Part shown: positions 1-9,191 of the stretch, piece by piece
Numbering within the stretch: position 1 is the first letter of the stretch
How the letters are laid out: each line of letters begins with the position of its first letter
NCBI GenBank assembly: GCA_048359995.1
Contig: DBGCPK010000005.1
Span: 56,585-120,584 of the forward strand
Source: Bacilli bacterium
Lineage (GTDB): Bacteria > Bacillota_I > Bacilli_A > RFN20 > CAG-449
Direction of reading: 5' to 3'
DNA length: 64,000 nucleotides
The notes under the pieces: generated by a model
Database searches by the model: none
The model's input: only the letters and a program-made list of their open reading frames with translations
Told to the model about the DNA's origin: nothing
Translations under genes and position numbers: made by a program

Positions 1-2
1 AT

Positions 3-905
3 CGACGCCTTTTAAAAGAAGCGGATTGCCCTCTTACGGTCACCGAAATGGTTTCCGATTGCGCGTTGATCTACGGCAACAAAGAGACGATCGATATGAT
101 TCGCGCGGAAAAAGAAGATCATCCTTTAAGCGTGCAGTTGTTCGGCGGTTCTAAGGAAACGATCCTCAAAGCCGCGGAGGTTCTTTTCTCTTTGGGAGGA
201 TTCGAAATACTGGATCTCAATCTGGGTTGCCCCGTCCACAAAGTCGTTAAAGGCAACGCAGGATCCTCTTGGTTAAAACCCGAGAGAAGAGGCGAACTCG
301 CGGATATGGTGAACGCGCTGGTTGCTCTAAGCCCCGTTCCGATTACTTGCAAGGTGCGGTTAGGATGGGATGAATCGTCGATCTGCCTGCCGGAAACGTG
401 TTCGATTTTGGAACAGGCGGGCATCAGCCTCATCGCCGTGCATGCCCGAACCCGAAGCCAGATGTACTCCGGAAGCCCACAATACGAAATATTGAAGCAA
501 GTCAGACCGCAGGTCGGAATTCCGTTGATCGCCAACGGAGATATTCGAACTCTTGACGACGCATTGAACGTGATGAAAACGACGGGGTGCGACGGCGTGA
601 TGATCGGTCGAGGGGCATTGGGAAATCCGAATCTGATACGTCAGATCGTCGGATATTTCAAAACGGGAAAGAGAATTCCGGACGCGTCTTTTGAAGAAAG
701 GATCGAAGCATTGAGAAAGCATTACGCGTATTTAAAAGAACTGAAAGGAGAAAGCAAGGCAAGCGCGGAAATGCGCGGCTTGGCTTCGCATTATCTGAAA
801 GGAATTGAAAATGCGCGGGAATTTCGAGCGAGGCTTTCGACTATGCGAAACGAAAGCGAGTTTCAGGAAATTCTTTCTATGTGGACAAAAACCAACCGGC
901 GGTAG
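3..905 (+). CDS. dus: tRNA-dihydrouridine synthase (Dus family), 5'-truncated by window edge
   Basis: ORF runs open from the window start. Translation carries Dus/TIM-barrel flavoenzyme motifs (LNLGCPV..KVVKGNAGSSWL, HARTRSQ, IANGDI). Confidence 0.85.
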   Translation, partial: RRLLKEADCPLTVTEMVSDCALIYGNKETIDMIRAEKEDHPLSVQLFGGSKETILKAAEVLFSLGGFEILDLNLGCPVHKVVKGNAGSSWLKPERRGELADMVNALVALSPVPITCKVRLGWDESSICLPETCSILEQAGISLIAVHARTRSQMYSGSPQYEILKQVRPQVGIPLIANGDIRTLDDALNVMKTTGCDGVMIGRGALGNPNLIRQIVGYFKTGKRIPDASFEERIEALRKHYAYLKELKGESKASAEMRGLASHYLKGIENAREFRARLSTMRNESEFQEILSMWTKTNRR

Positions 906-1118
906 ATTCTTTTACAAAGTCGGTGAAACAAAAAGAGGGATTCCGACAAATCATCGGCGGGATTTTTGGATATAAAACGGCAAATAAAGCGAAAGAGAGT
1001 ACCCAATCTTACGTCATCAACAATCAAAAAGAGAATTATTCTATAGGGGATTGCTCAAAGGGCATTCGGGATCCGTTCTCCAAAACAAAGACGGATATCC
1101 CGTTTTTTTCGCTTTTGA

Positions 1119-1394
1119 AAGAGGGATGAGGAGACCCACACTGCATATGGATATGATTGTATTATTGAAAAAGAGTATTACGAAATTGTAAAAATATTTG
1201 AACAGGGTGAGGAGTATGTAGAAAAGCATTTGTCGCCACAAGAAGTTGTGGTCAAAATTCTAGGCGAATTTATTGGAGGGCTGAATTCCGAAATAAGAAG
1301 TTTCGAGATCGATCTGCTTCCGCTGGAAGAGCAAGCAAGTATATTGCGAGAGCAAGAACGTATGCAAAAAAAAATTAAATATAGGAATGCTTAA
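1119..1394 (+). pseudogene. Start-less 91-codon open frame, C-terminal fragment of an unknown protein (gene remnant)
   Basis: 91 sense codons with no ATG/GTG/TTG start near the 5' end and a TGA just upstream in frame. Its stop abuts the convergent recombinase stop. Confidence 0.3.
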
Positions 1395-2018
1395 CTATGT
1401 TGTTAGGCATCCCTTATTTTTTTCGCTTAAAATACGGTTCATATGATAATAAAAATTGCAACGTTTTAGTCCGGACAATTTGATGGCTTCAGCAATTGAT
1501 ATTTCTTTTTTGCTTACTTGATAAACAATTTTTATTAATTCATTTTCATAAATTCTTTTAGGGCGACCAAATTTCACCCCACGATTCTTTGCGGCAATAA
1601 TTCCTTCTTTTTGCCTTTGCCGGATGTTGTCGCGCTCGTTCTCTGCAACAAACGATAGAACTTGAAGAACAATATCCGATATAAATTTGCCAACGAGTGT
1701 ATTTGCTTTGGTGCGCGTATCCAAAAGCGGCATATCTAGTACTAAAATATCCGCTTTGATTTCGTTTGTAATATAACTCCATTCGTGAATAATGGAATCA
1801 TAGTTTCTGCCAAGACGATCTATTGACTTGATGATTAGCAAATCATCTTGTTTTAATGTCTGAAGTAATTTTTTATAATTCTCACGTTCAAAATCTTTAC
1901 CGCTTTTTTTGTCTGAAAAAATGAATTTAGGATCAATGCCATAAGCAGTAAAAGCATCAAGCTGTCTTGCTATATTTTGGTCGGTTGCGGATACTCGTGC
2001 ATAAGCATAAGTGGACAT
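1395..2018 (-). CDS. Small serine recombinase (resolvase/Hin-type DNA invertase family)
   Basis: N-terminal catalytic motif YARVSATDQ with the active-site Ser, and a C-terminal HTH. About 207 aa. AAGGAG RBS 6-8 nt upstream of the ATG at 2018. Confidence 0.9.
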   Translation of the reverse strand: MSTYAYARVSATDQNIARQLDAFTAYGIDPKFIFSDKKSGKDFERENYKKLLQTLKQDDLLIIKSIDRLGRNYDSIIHEWSYITNEIKADILVLDMPLLDTRTKANTLVGKFISDIVLQVLSFVAENERDNIRQRQKEGIIAAKNRGVKFGRPKRIYENELIKIVYQVSKKEISIAEAIKLSGLKRCNFYYHMNRILSEKNKGCLTT

Positions 2019-2111
2019 TTGATTTTTCTCCTTGATTATATAAGGATAGCACAAAAGGAAAATTCAAAAAACTAAAACATATGGTTATAGCGGCGCTTAC
2101 AATTAAAAAAA

Positions 2112-2128
2112 GTAGACTTTTTCTAACA
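2112..2128. repeat. Left inverted repeat (IRL) GTAGACTTTTTCTAACA of candidate invertible switch
   Basis: Perfect 17-bp reverse complement of 2206-2222. Confidence 0.85.
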
Positions 2129-2205
2129 GCATACTTATCGACGAATTAGTACAAAATTCGACATAATTGAGTATAGTATAAATTAATTTCTATTGCAAGT
2201 GTTTG

Positions 2206-2222
2206 TGTTAGAAAAAGTCTAC
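2206..2222. repeat. Right inverted repeat (IRR) TGTTAGAAAAAGTCTAC of candidate invertible switch
   Basis: Perfect 17-bp reverse complement of 2112-2128; the two copies are separated by 77 bp. Confidence 0.85.
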
Positions 2223-2392
2223 CTTTGCTAACAGGATAGTTAGTTCTTTTGATGAAGTTGTGGAGATTTGCTCGTAGCTTTGGGCTCGGCAAAAATTGCA
2301 ACGGACATAAATTATTATTGTAGTGCAGGATATTCCAGCATGAAAGGGCGAAGCATACCTTTTCGCTTAATTGTTGGTATCATGGAGGGGAT

Positions 2393-2968
2393 ATGGAAGA
2401 GCCATATTGGTGGTATGTATTGCATGTGCGCTCTAACAAAGAGCATCGTGTTGTGGAAAGTTTTCAGCAAGCCTTTAACCAAAAAGGACTTGCATACGAA
2501 TTATACACTTTTTGTCTTGAGTCAGAACACTTCTATAAAGACAAGCAATCCCAAACATTAGGGCGAAAATATATTAAAAGGCCATTATTTCCTGGATATG
2601 TTTTTATAGAAACTAATATGCCATCTAAAGAGTTCATAATGACCTTTTTTTATGTGTTTTATGATTCTGCTGATATAATCCGTCTTTTGCGATACGGAGA
2701 TTCGGATGAAATTGCATTAAAAAAAGAAGAGCGGCAACGTTTTGAATTCCTTTTTAAAGGAAAAAGGGCGATTGAACACTCTATTGGTTATATTGAAGGT
2801 GATAAAATCATTATCACAGGCGGAGGACTAATGGGGCTTGAAGGGTATATCCGAAAAATCAATCGACATAACCGCACTGCAGATGTAGAGATAAATATGT
2901 TTAATCAAAGACAAACTATAAAAGTTGCACTTGAAATTGTGTCAAAATCAGGCAATCAAAAAAAATAG
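2393..2968 (+). CDS. NusG paralog (LoaP/UpxY-like specialized transcription antiterminator), NGN + KOW
   Basis: WYVLHVRSNKEHRV and PLFPGYVFIE NGN-domain motifs, and a C-terminal KOW-like GDKIIITGGGLMGLEGYI. GGAGGGG RBS. It is the first gene of the long co-directional cluster. Confidence 0.8.
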   Translation: MEEPYWWYVLHVRSNKEHRVVESFQQAFNQKGLAYELYTFCLESEHFYKDKQSQTLGRKYIKRPLFPGYVFIETNMPSKEFIMTFFYVFYDSADIIRLLRYGDSDEIALKKEERQRFEFLFKGKRAIEHSIGYIEGDKIIITGGGLMGLEGYIRKINRHNRTADVEINMFNQRQTIKVALEIVSKSGNQKK

Positions 2969-3037
2969 TCTTAACAGATTATTTTTTTGCTTTCTTTATG
3001 TAACGAGCGTTCCAAATAGGATTTAAGTACTAATGAT

Positions 3038-3571
3038 ATGAAAGAAGAAATAATAAACGCAAATGAAACTACCTTAAAAATTATTTTTGGTTGCTTAGTT
3101 CGTAACGGAGTAGAAAATACTACAATGCGATCGATATGTAATGCGACAGGCTTGACCGCAAGCAGTTTATATTACCGATTTAAGGACAAGGATGAAATTA
3201 TTTTAGAGGCATCCTGTTATGGGCTTAATTCCGTAACAAAAGAATTGTTTTGGGTTGTAACTGAAAAAATTAATAACTTCCAAGTTTTAATTGCTTTTTT
3301 GAAAAATGTTGATACTAGGAAACAATCTATAAAGCTTATTTATCAAGTTTTAAGTAGCCCTAAGTATGGTGAAAAATTTAGAAAAATGACGCATTCAACA
3401 CCGATGGTAATATATAAGTATACTGGGATGTTGTCAGAGAAACTCAATTGCTCGACAGAAGATTGTTGCTATATGTCGGACTTACAATTGCCGTTATTCG
3501 TGAATATGCAATATGGGAAAACAGGGAAAGCACGAAGCGAAAACTTAAATTTATTTACGACAATTGCTTAG
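3038..3571 (+). CDS. TetR/AcrR-family transcriptional regulator
   Basis: N-terminal HTH TTMRSICNATGLTASSLYYRFKDKDEI, typical of TetR; 177 aa. Confidence 0.7.
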   Translation: MKEEIINANETTLKIIFGCLVRNGVENTTMRSICNATGLTASSLYYRFKDKDEIILEASCYGLNSVTKELFWVVTEKINNFQVLIAFLKNVDTRKQSIKLIYQVLSSPKYGEKFRKMTHSTPMVIYKYTGMLSEKLNCSTEDCCYMSDLQLPLFVNMQYGKTGKARSENLNLFTTIA

Positions 3572-3620
3572 CCGATTGCTGTAAAAATGAAATTAATGAT
3601 TAATTTGGAAGAAACAACAA

Positions 3621-4661
3621 ATGCTTACTGATTATTATTATAATGAATTGTCCGTCCCTGAACAGGGTGCGTATAATAGTATTAGATTTGCTTTAAACAA
3701 TTCAGAGACTGAATGCACTGTAACTGGAATTAGTTCTAGTGAATCTGCTACACTTGTTTGGAAAGCCGTTGTTTTTGATCATCCGGAAATTATTAATTAT
3801 CCTGGACTGTTTTGTCAGCCGGTAGGTAATGGTGAGAATTTTAGGTTCAGATTTCAATATTCCCAGATTGATAGATATGCTTATGAAGAAAAACTAAATC
3901 GGCTAATAAACAAAATTAACAATAAAATGTCTGCTAATGCGTCAGATTATGTTGCTTGCAAAACAATATTTGATGAGTTAGCATCTTTTATTAAATATGA
4001 AGAAAATGTTTTAGAAGAGTATTTGAACCTTGAGCAAGAGAATTCTTCAGAGACAATAGATTTTATGCGAGACCATAGTACTTCATTTTCTCCATACGGA
4101 ATTCTAATGAATTCTAAAGGAGTGTGCCAAGGAATAGCCAAACTTTTTAAAATTATTTGTGACAGATTTGGCGTTCAATGTGCGTGTGTTGAAGCTAAGA
4201 CATTAAATTGCGGAGCTAATTCGGCAAGCAATCACATGTTAAATGTTGTAGAAATAGATGGGGAACGTGCTTTTGTCGATATAGCAAATAGTTTAAAGAT
4301 TGAAAATCTACCCGTTATTAAATATGATTTTTTCCTTATGCCTCAGCGTATTATCAATAAGACCTTTACAATTATTGGTGAGTTTGGATGCCGTAATGAG
4401 TCATTAAACTATTTTGTTAAAAATAATCTCCGTTTTACATCAATAAATGATTTAAGACGTTATCTTTTATCATATACCTATCGCTCAACGAATGGCGAAG
4501 TAAGGTGCCATTACGATGGAAACAAATTTGATGATAAAAAATTGGAAGACTTATTTTTTTACAATATAAACTACCATTGTCAAGATGGGTATTATATGCA
4601 ATTTGCAAGTGTTAAGAACGGATTCTGTACCGGTCTTATTAAATCAGATTCGGAGGTTTAA
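3621..4661 (+). CDS. Transglutaminase-like cysteine protease superfamily protein
   Basis: Cys-His-Asp arrangement: GVCQGIAKLFKIICDRFGV (Cys), NHMLNVVEI (His), AFVDIA (Asp). Confidence 0.55.
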   Translation: MLTDYYYNELSVPEQGAYNSIRFALNNSETECTVTGISSSESATLVWKAVVFDHPEIINYPGLFCQPVGNGENFRFRFQYSQIDRYAYEEKLNRLINKINNKMSANASDYVACKTIFDELASFIKYEENVLEEYLNLEQENSSETIDFMRDHSTSFSPYGILMNSKGVCQGIAKLFKIICDRFGVQCACVEAKTLNCGANSASNHMLNVVEIDGERAFVDIANSLKIENLPVIKYDFFLMPQRIINKTFTIIGEFGCRNESLNYFVKNNLRFTSINDLRRYLLSYTYRSTNGEVRCHYDGNKFDDKKLEDLFFYNINYHCQDGYYMQFASVKNGFCTGLIKSDSEV

Positions 4662-4664
4662 ATT

Positions 4665-6908
4665 ATGGAAGAAAGCAAAAAAATGAAATGGCAAAAGGAT
4701 TTTGATACTTTTTTCCCGATCTATAACTCATTTATCTTTGAAGGGTTCATTGATGATGATCAGCCATATGAAGACGAAAATGGAGAAATTAAATATTGTA
4801 GGCTTTATGACTATTTTGATAAAGTCTACAGCAATCATACCGATCCAACAAAACGTAAACGTGTAATCATCTATGATCCTACAGAATCAGATGATAAACG
4901 GTTTAAGATTTGCGATGATGATTGTATGCAAGAAGAAGTTGTCGATGAATCAGCAGACAATTTTGATGGAAAACTGAAAAAAGTCATGAATTATATGTCA
5001 TCGCAAATGTCGCAACATTTTTGGGATATAGTACATGATGATGATTTGGACATGCTTTTAATAGATCATAAATCATCTGGTCCTTCGTTAGATTTTTCTC
5101 GTATCCATTACGCTGTTACAGAGGGTAGTGGCCGTATTGCTCCATTCGAAATTCTTGATAAATTTAGAGATATTTTTAATAACCTGTTTGGTAATCCGCA
5201 AAATGGTGAACCAAGTGGGTATTTGTTTGTAATTAAAATGACATCACGTCTTTTATCGCGTGATGGTGCGTCCAACGGCTTGAGCGGTGAAGAGTTAATG
5301 ATATTTAGACAGTTGCTTAACATTGCCCAAAGTCTCGATACTGAAAGCGATAACGCCACGCAGCAACATCAAAGTAATAAGATCATCATTCTTGCAAACC
5401 AAGTGCGGGATTTGCCTATGTGGTTTACAGATGAAATTGCAAATCCGTTTATCAAGCTTATCAATGTATCAAGACCTTCTGAAGAAAATAAACTTGATTA
5501 TTTTAATGAAATGCTTGATAGCGGTTGCTTTAGTCCGCAATTTGTAGCTCGCTATAATGAGATTGATAGTGCTAGTAAAGAAAAAGATGCGCAGGCTAAG
5601 CGTAATCCAGTTGAAAAGAAATTTTTGGCGTATACAAACGATTTTAGTATGAAAATGCTAAGACGTTATAGGGCGTTTATTTCTAATAATCCTATAGATG
5701 ATCCGGCTAAATTGGGCTTTTCAATATCCACGTTCCGTGCCGGTGATATGACAAATCCTTGGGATGACGAAGACCGCATAAAGGATATGCTTAATATCAA
5801 ACAAACGGTAAGCAAAAAAATACAAGGTCAAGATTTTGCTTTAGATACTGCGCAAGCCATTTTAACAAGAGCCGCAATTGGACTTGACCGTGCTGAAAAT
5901 CCTAATGCTCCGCGGGTTATCTTATTTCTTGCCGGTCCGACAGGTACAGGTAAGACTGAACTATGTAAACAAATTGCGGAAAGTATTTTTGGCAGTGAAG
6001 ATAGAATTGTAAGATTTGATATGTCCGAGTATGGACAGGAAGAATCAGATCAAAAGCTTTTTGGTGCGCCTCCAGGATATGTTGGTTATGAAGAAGGCGG
6101 AAAGTTAACAAATGCTGTTAAGAAAGAGCCTTTTTCTCTTATCCTTTTCGATGAAATAGAAAAGGCTCATAATTCTATTCTCGATAAGTTTTTACAAATT
6201 CTTGGTGATGGCAGATTAACCGATGGCAAAGGAGAAACTGTTAGATTCACTGATTGCATTATAGTTATCACTTCAAATGCCGGGGTATTCTCGTTTGACG
6301 GAATGCCGCAGGAAGAAATCGACAAACTCATGAATGGCGATACAAAACCTGAAGGCGAAATGAATATGGACAGAGTTGCCCAGCTTGAGGAAGAATTGGC
6401 TGACGCTAATGGCAATATTTCCGAGCAATCATACTCAGAAATTTACGCAAAAGTAAAAGAACATTTAAGATACAATGTAAAGTCTTATTTCCATTGTAAA
6501 TTGAAGAGACCTGAGTTATACGGTCGTATTGAAGATTCTATAGTTTATTACAATTACATAGGAAAAGAATCAGTTGCAAAAATTGTTAAATCCAAAATTT
6601 CCGACGTAATTAAATCTACAAAAGAATCAATGAATGTTAACGATATTATATGCTCTGACGAAGTAAAAGCGGCAATTGCTCTCTATTGCCAAGATTGCAA
6701 AGTAAGAGCCTTAGGTGCGCGTGGTATTATCAAGAGTACCGGTAAATTATTCACTGGTAGCTTATCTAATTTCCTTTCTGATTATGTTCGTGGAGAGAAC
6801 GGAAAAAGTAAGGGCGATTTATCAGGAAAAACTTTAAAATGCACGTGCAACGAAATAATTTCATCGGCCTATGATATAGTTTGGAGTATCAATGATTGTA
6901 GTATTTGA
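4665..6908 (+). CDS. AAA+ ATPase with ClpA/ClpB D2-type domain (C-terminal) and unknown N-terminal region of about 400 aa
   Basis: LAGPTGTGKTELCK Walker A, a GAPPGYVGYEEGG sensor motif, Walker B LILFDEIEKAH, and LQILGDGRLTDGKGETVRFTDCIIVITSN. All are hallmarks of the Clp/Hsp100 D2 module. Confidence 0.8.
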   Translation: MEESKKMKWQKDFDTFFPIYNSFIFEGFIDDDQPYEDENGEIKYCRLYDYFDKVYSNHTDPTKRKRVIIYDPTESDDKRFKICDDDCMQEEVVDESADNFDGKLKKVMNYMSSQMSQHFWDIVHDDDLDMLLIDHKSSGPSLDFSRIHYAVTEGSGRIAPFEILDKFRDIFNNLFGNPQNGEPSGYLFVIKMTSRLLSRDGASNGLSGEELMIFRQLLNIAQSLDTESDNATQQHQSNKIIILANQVRDLPMWFTDEIANPFIKLINVSRPSEENKLDYFNEMLDSGCFSPQFVARYNEIDSASKEKDAQAKRNPVEKKFLAYTNDFSMKMLRRYRAFISNNPIDDPAKLGFSISTFRAGDMTNPWDDEDRIKDMLNIKQTVSKKIQGQDFALDTAQAILTRAAIGLDRAENPNAPRVILFLAGPTGTGKTELCKQIAESIFGSEDRIVRFDMSEYGQEESDQKLFGAPPGYVGYEEGGKLTNAVKKEPFSLILFDEIEKAHNSILDKFLQILGDGRLTDGKGETVRFTDCIIVITSNAGVFSFDGMPQEEIDKLMNGDTKPEGEMNMDRVAQLEEELADANGNISEQSYSEIYAKVKEHLRYNVKSYFHCKLKRPELYGRIEDSIVYYNYIGKESVAKIVKSKISDVIKSTKESMNVNDIICSDEVKAAIALYCQDCKVRALGARGIIKSTGKLFTGSLSNFLSDYVRGENGKSKGDLSGKTLKCTCNEIISSAYDIVWSINDCSI

Positions 6909-7425
6909 TGAACAATTAAAAGAAGCGCTTGAAAACGCCCAAAAGCTAAAACTGGCGGGAGAAGAAGAACTTTCAAAACAAATGTGTTTAAAATGCGTTG
7001 AGAAAGTTGCGTTATATAATGGCATTGATTTGATTTCGCTATTTTATGAGGACAAAGTATATGACGAAATAAAGGATGTGCCAGATGCTTTAAAGTACAT
7101 TTTTATAGCAAAATGCGCAATGAATGCGTATGACTTAATTTACTCAAAAAATCCGGCGAGCGATTCCGCATCTTCGTGGGCCAAGTGTGATAAAAACAAT
7201 AGCAATAGACCGCTTAGAGGTTTTTTTGAATGGTTACAAAGACGAAATCGATCAGTAGAAGAAAGGGATTGCAACCAATTCAAAATTCTGATCAATGCAA
7301 TGGTTGATTCTGACAATATTTATTTTAAAATGTCAGACCGAGTTGCTCAGTTGCCTTTAGTAGATATATTGAGCATGATAGTATCTGGTTCAATTACCAT
7401 TACTTCCGACGGAGAACTAAGATGA
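6892..7425 (+). CDS. Hypothetical protein (177 aa)
   Basis: ORF overlaps the upstream gene by 17 nt and the downstream gene by 4 nt (translational coupling); no recognisable motif. Confidence 0.55.
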   Translation: MIVVFDEQLKEALENAQKLKLAGEEELSKQMCLKCVEKVALYNGIDLISLFYEDKVYDEIKDVPDALKYIFIAKCAMNAYDLIYSKNPASDSASSWAKCDKNNSNRPLRGFFEWLQRRNRSVEERDCNQFKILINAMVDSDNIYFKMSDRVAQLPLVDILSMIVSGSITITSDGELR

Positions 7426-9191
7426 TTAGCGTAGTAAGATGTAGTAATAGAATGTGTATACAACTCCCAAAGGGTGTTACATGCAAGATTGGGGATATAA
7501 TTCCTTGCCCTAAAAGTTGTACATGCTTCAAAAAAGTTGAATCATTTTCCGTGGCGTCGGTATGGCAAATGGATGAAAAAAAATCCAGCAGTACGGCCAA
7601 ATATTCTGATGAGGAAATTAGAGCATATTGGGGGCAAGAGAATACGTCATCAGCTTCTTCTACCGATAGTGATATGCAAAGTTCAAATGTAGGCGTTAAC
7701 TCGTCCAATACTGCTTTGGGTGTAGAGCGACACGATAATAATCAAGTTGTAGCGAATGCCAATGAATTTGTAAGACAAAAGTCTTTCGGCAGATCACAGC
7801 GTTCTCAGTCCAATAGTGTTCCCGAAGCCGATGCAATATTGAGACCGCAAGAAAATTATGAAAAAATTGAGATTGGTGGTATGCAATTTACTGATAAAAT
7901 GACGATACTATCGTCGGAAATATCGCAGCCTCTCAGAAATGCTTTGTGGTTTATTTTCTCGCATTGGGAAACTCGTTCAGTTTTTAAAACAGAAACAGAA
8001 TTACGTGATGATTTTATTTGGTTGATAACATCGACTTCTAAACGCACTTTTAAGAAAAGTGAAATTGATGCAATATTATTAAATGAAGAATATGGACTTT
8101 CAGAAAAGTTCTTTTATTTGTTTTACGATATTATCTATCGCTACGAGCCGCCTAAAGGGTTTTACTGGTGCGATAAAGTTCTCTCACCTGATCCTTTAAG
8201 CTCATATTTTAGAGATAAAAAAGATTTTGTAGTTAAGTATTGTAATGCATACGCACAAGGCGAGCAATTTCGTTTGTTTTACATGGCACATAAAAAGGAA
8301 ATTTTACACTTTTTAGGCAGCGATAATGAAGAAAAATTGTTTGAAGACATGACATTATCTTTAGCTAAAGATGTCGGAGAAATTGTATTGATAGATAAAT
8401 ACAATAATTACATGCCGATAAATATGGGTAAGATTTCTTCGTTTATTATTAACATGCAGCAGCCAACTGAATTAAACAACATGAGAAACATGGTTAATTT
8501 TTTGGAAAAATATCGTGTAACACGACTTGGCGTTGTTCCTAGAGCTATTGAATACCCGTTCGAAAAATCTGTCAGGGATGATTTACAAGAAGATGTCAGT
8601 ATGTATGCAACTCTGCGATTAAACTCTTCTGCAAGCTACGCATCGGAATATGATTGCTTTGTGACACTCTTACATGAATATGTTAAGGTATTTAATCCCA
8701 GTGAAATTAAAATAGGTGAATTAACATTTACCCAAAGCAATTTTTCTCACGAATTAGAAGAAATTGTAAAAAACCTTTGCAAATCTTATTTTGGACAAGT
8801 CGCAGATGATGTGTTTGCAGACTATAAAAGTCGCGCATGGCTTGCGAAAAGCATATATGACAGGAACATTTTATCGACATATGTGTTAGAAAATAAATCC
8901 TACGTCGATAAGCTTATGAAACTAATTTCTAATCCAACATTAGAGCAATATATATCAATGTTCGATGATTGTGTTATTCAGTTGCATTATAGAGATTTAA
9001 CTATTCATGAATATATTGCAGAATTAGTGAAAGAAGATATTTATACGGTGTGTGGAGAATTTAGAGAAGACAATATTATTCATGAATTCTTCAATTACAA
9101 AATAAAAAATTGGTCTAAAACAAATTTGAGTGAACTGTTTAATAAATATCAGCGGCAATATGAAGCATTCATTAAAGGAGACATACTATGA
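7422..9191 (+). CDS. Hypothetical protein (589 aa) with Cys-rich N-terminus and Ser-rich linker
   Basis: ATGA overlap with the upstream gene. The N-terminus CSNRMC..CPKSCTC suggests a small metal-binding motif, followed by a low-complexity S/T-rich linker and a globular region. Confidence 0.6.
   Translation: MISVVRCSNRMCIQLPKGVTCKIGDIIPCPKSCTCFKKVESFSVASVWQMDEKKSSSTAKYSDEEIRAYWGQENTSSASSTDSDMQSSNVGVNSSNTALGVERHDNNQVVANANEFVRQKSFGRSQRSQSNSVPEADAILRPQENYEKIEIGGMQFTDKMTILSSEISQPLRNALWFIFSHWETRSVFKTETELRDDFIWLITSTSKRTFKKSEIDAILLNEEYGLSEKFFYLFYDIIYRYEPPKGFYWCDKVLSPDPLSSYFRDKKDFVVKYCNAYAQGEQFRLFYMAHKKEILHFLGSDNEEKLFEDMTLSLAKDVGEIVLIDKYNNYMPINMGKISSFIINMQQPTELNNMRNMVNFLEKYRVTRLGVVPRAIEYPFEKSVRDDLQEDVSMYATLRLNSSASYASEYDCFVTLLHEYVKVFNPSEIKIGELTFTQSNFSHELEEIVKNLCKSYFGQVADDVFADYKSRAWLAKSIYDRNILSTYVLENKSYVDKLMKLISNPTLEQYISMFDDCVIQLHYRDLTIHEYIAELVKEDIYTVCGEFREDNIIHEFFNYKIKNWSKTNLSELFNKYQRQYEAFIKGDIL

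Larger units (their letters stand above)
2112..2222. promoter_or_regulatory. Candidate invertible promoter segment (phase-variation switch)
   Basis: IR-flanked 111-bp segment. On the minus strand it holds -35 TTGCAA (2198-2193), a 17-nt spacer and -10 TATACT (2175-2170). In the sequenced orientation it fires toward the recombinase gene; after inversion it would fire into the NusG-like operon. A serine invertase gene is immediately adjacent. Confidence 0.6.

Noticed and set aside
881-1129. 82-aa ORF overlapping the dus stop region
   Set aside because: No RBS and no motif. It overlaps the dus 3' end, so it is likely a chance ORF in the junction region.
905-1400. tRNA or attachment site at the island's left boundary
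   Set aside because: No cloverleaf-like segment or T-loop consensus (GGTTCGAATCC-like) was found here or at 26048-28012. The integration target appears not to be a tRNA gene.
2268-2561. 97-aa ORF spanning the switch-proximal leader and the NusG-like gene start
   Set aside because: Out of frame with the well-supported NusG-like gene (which has a strong RBS and NGN motifs); no RBS of its own.
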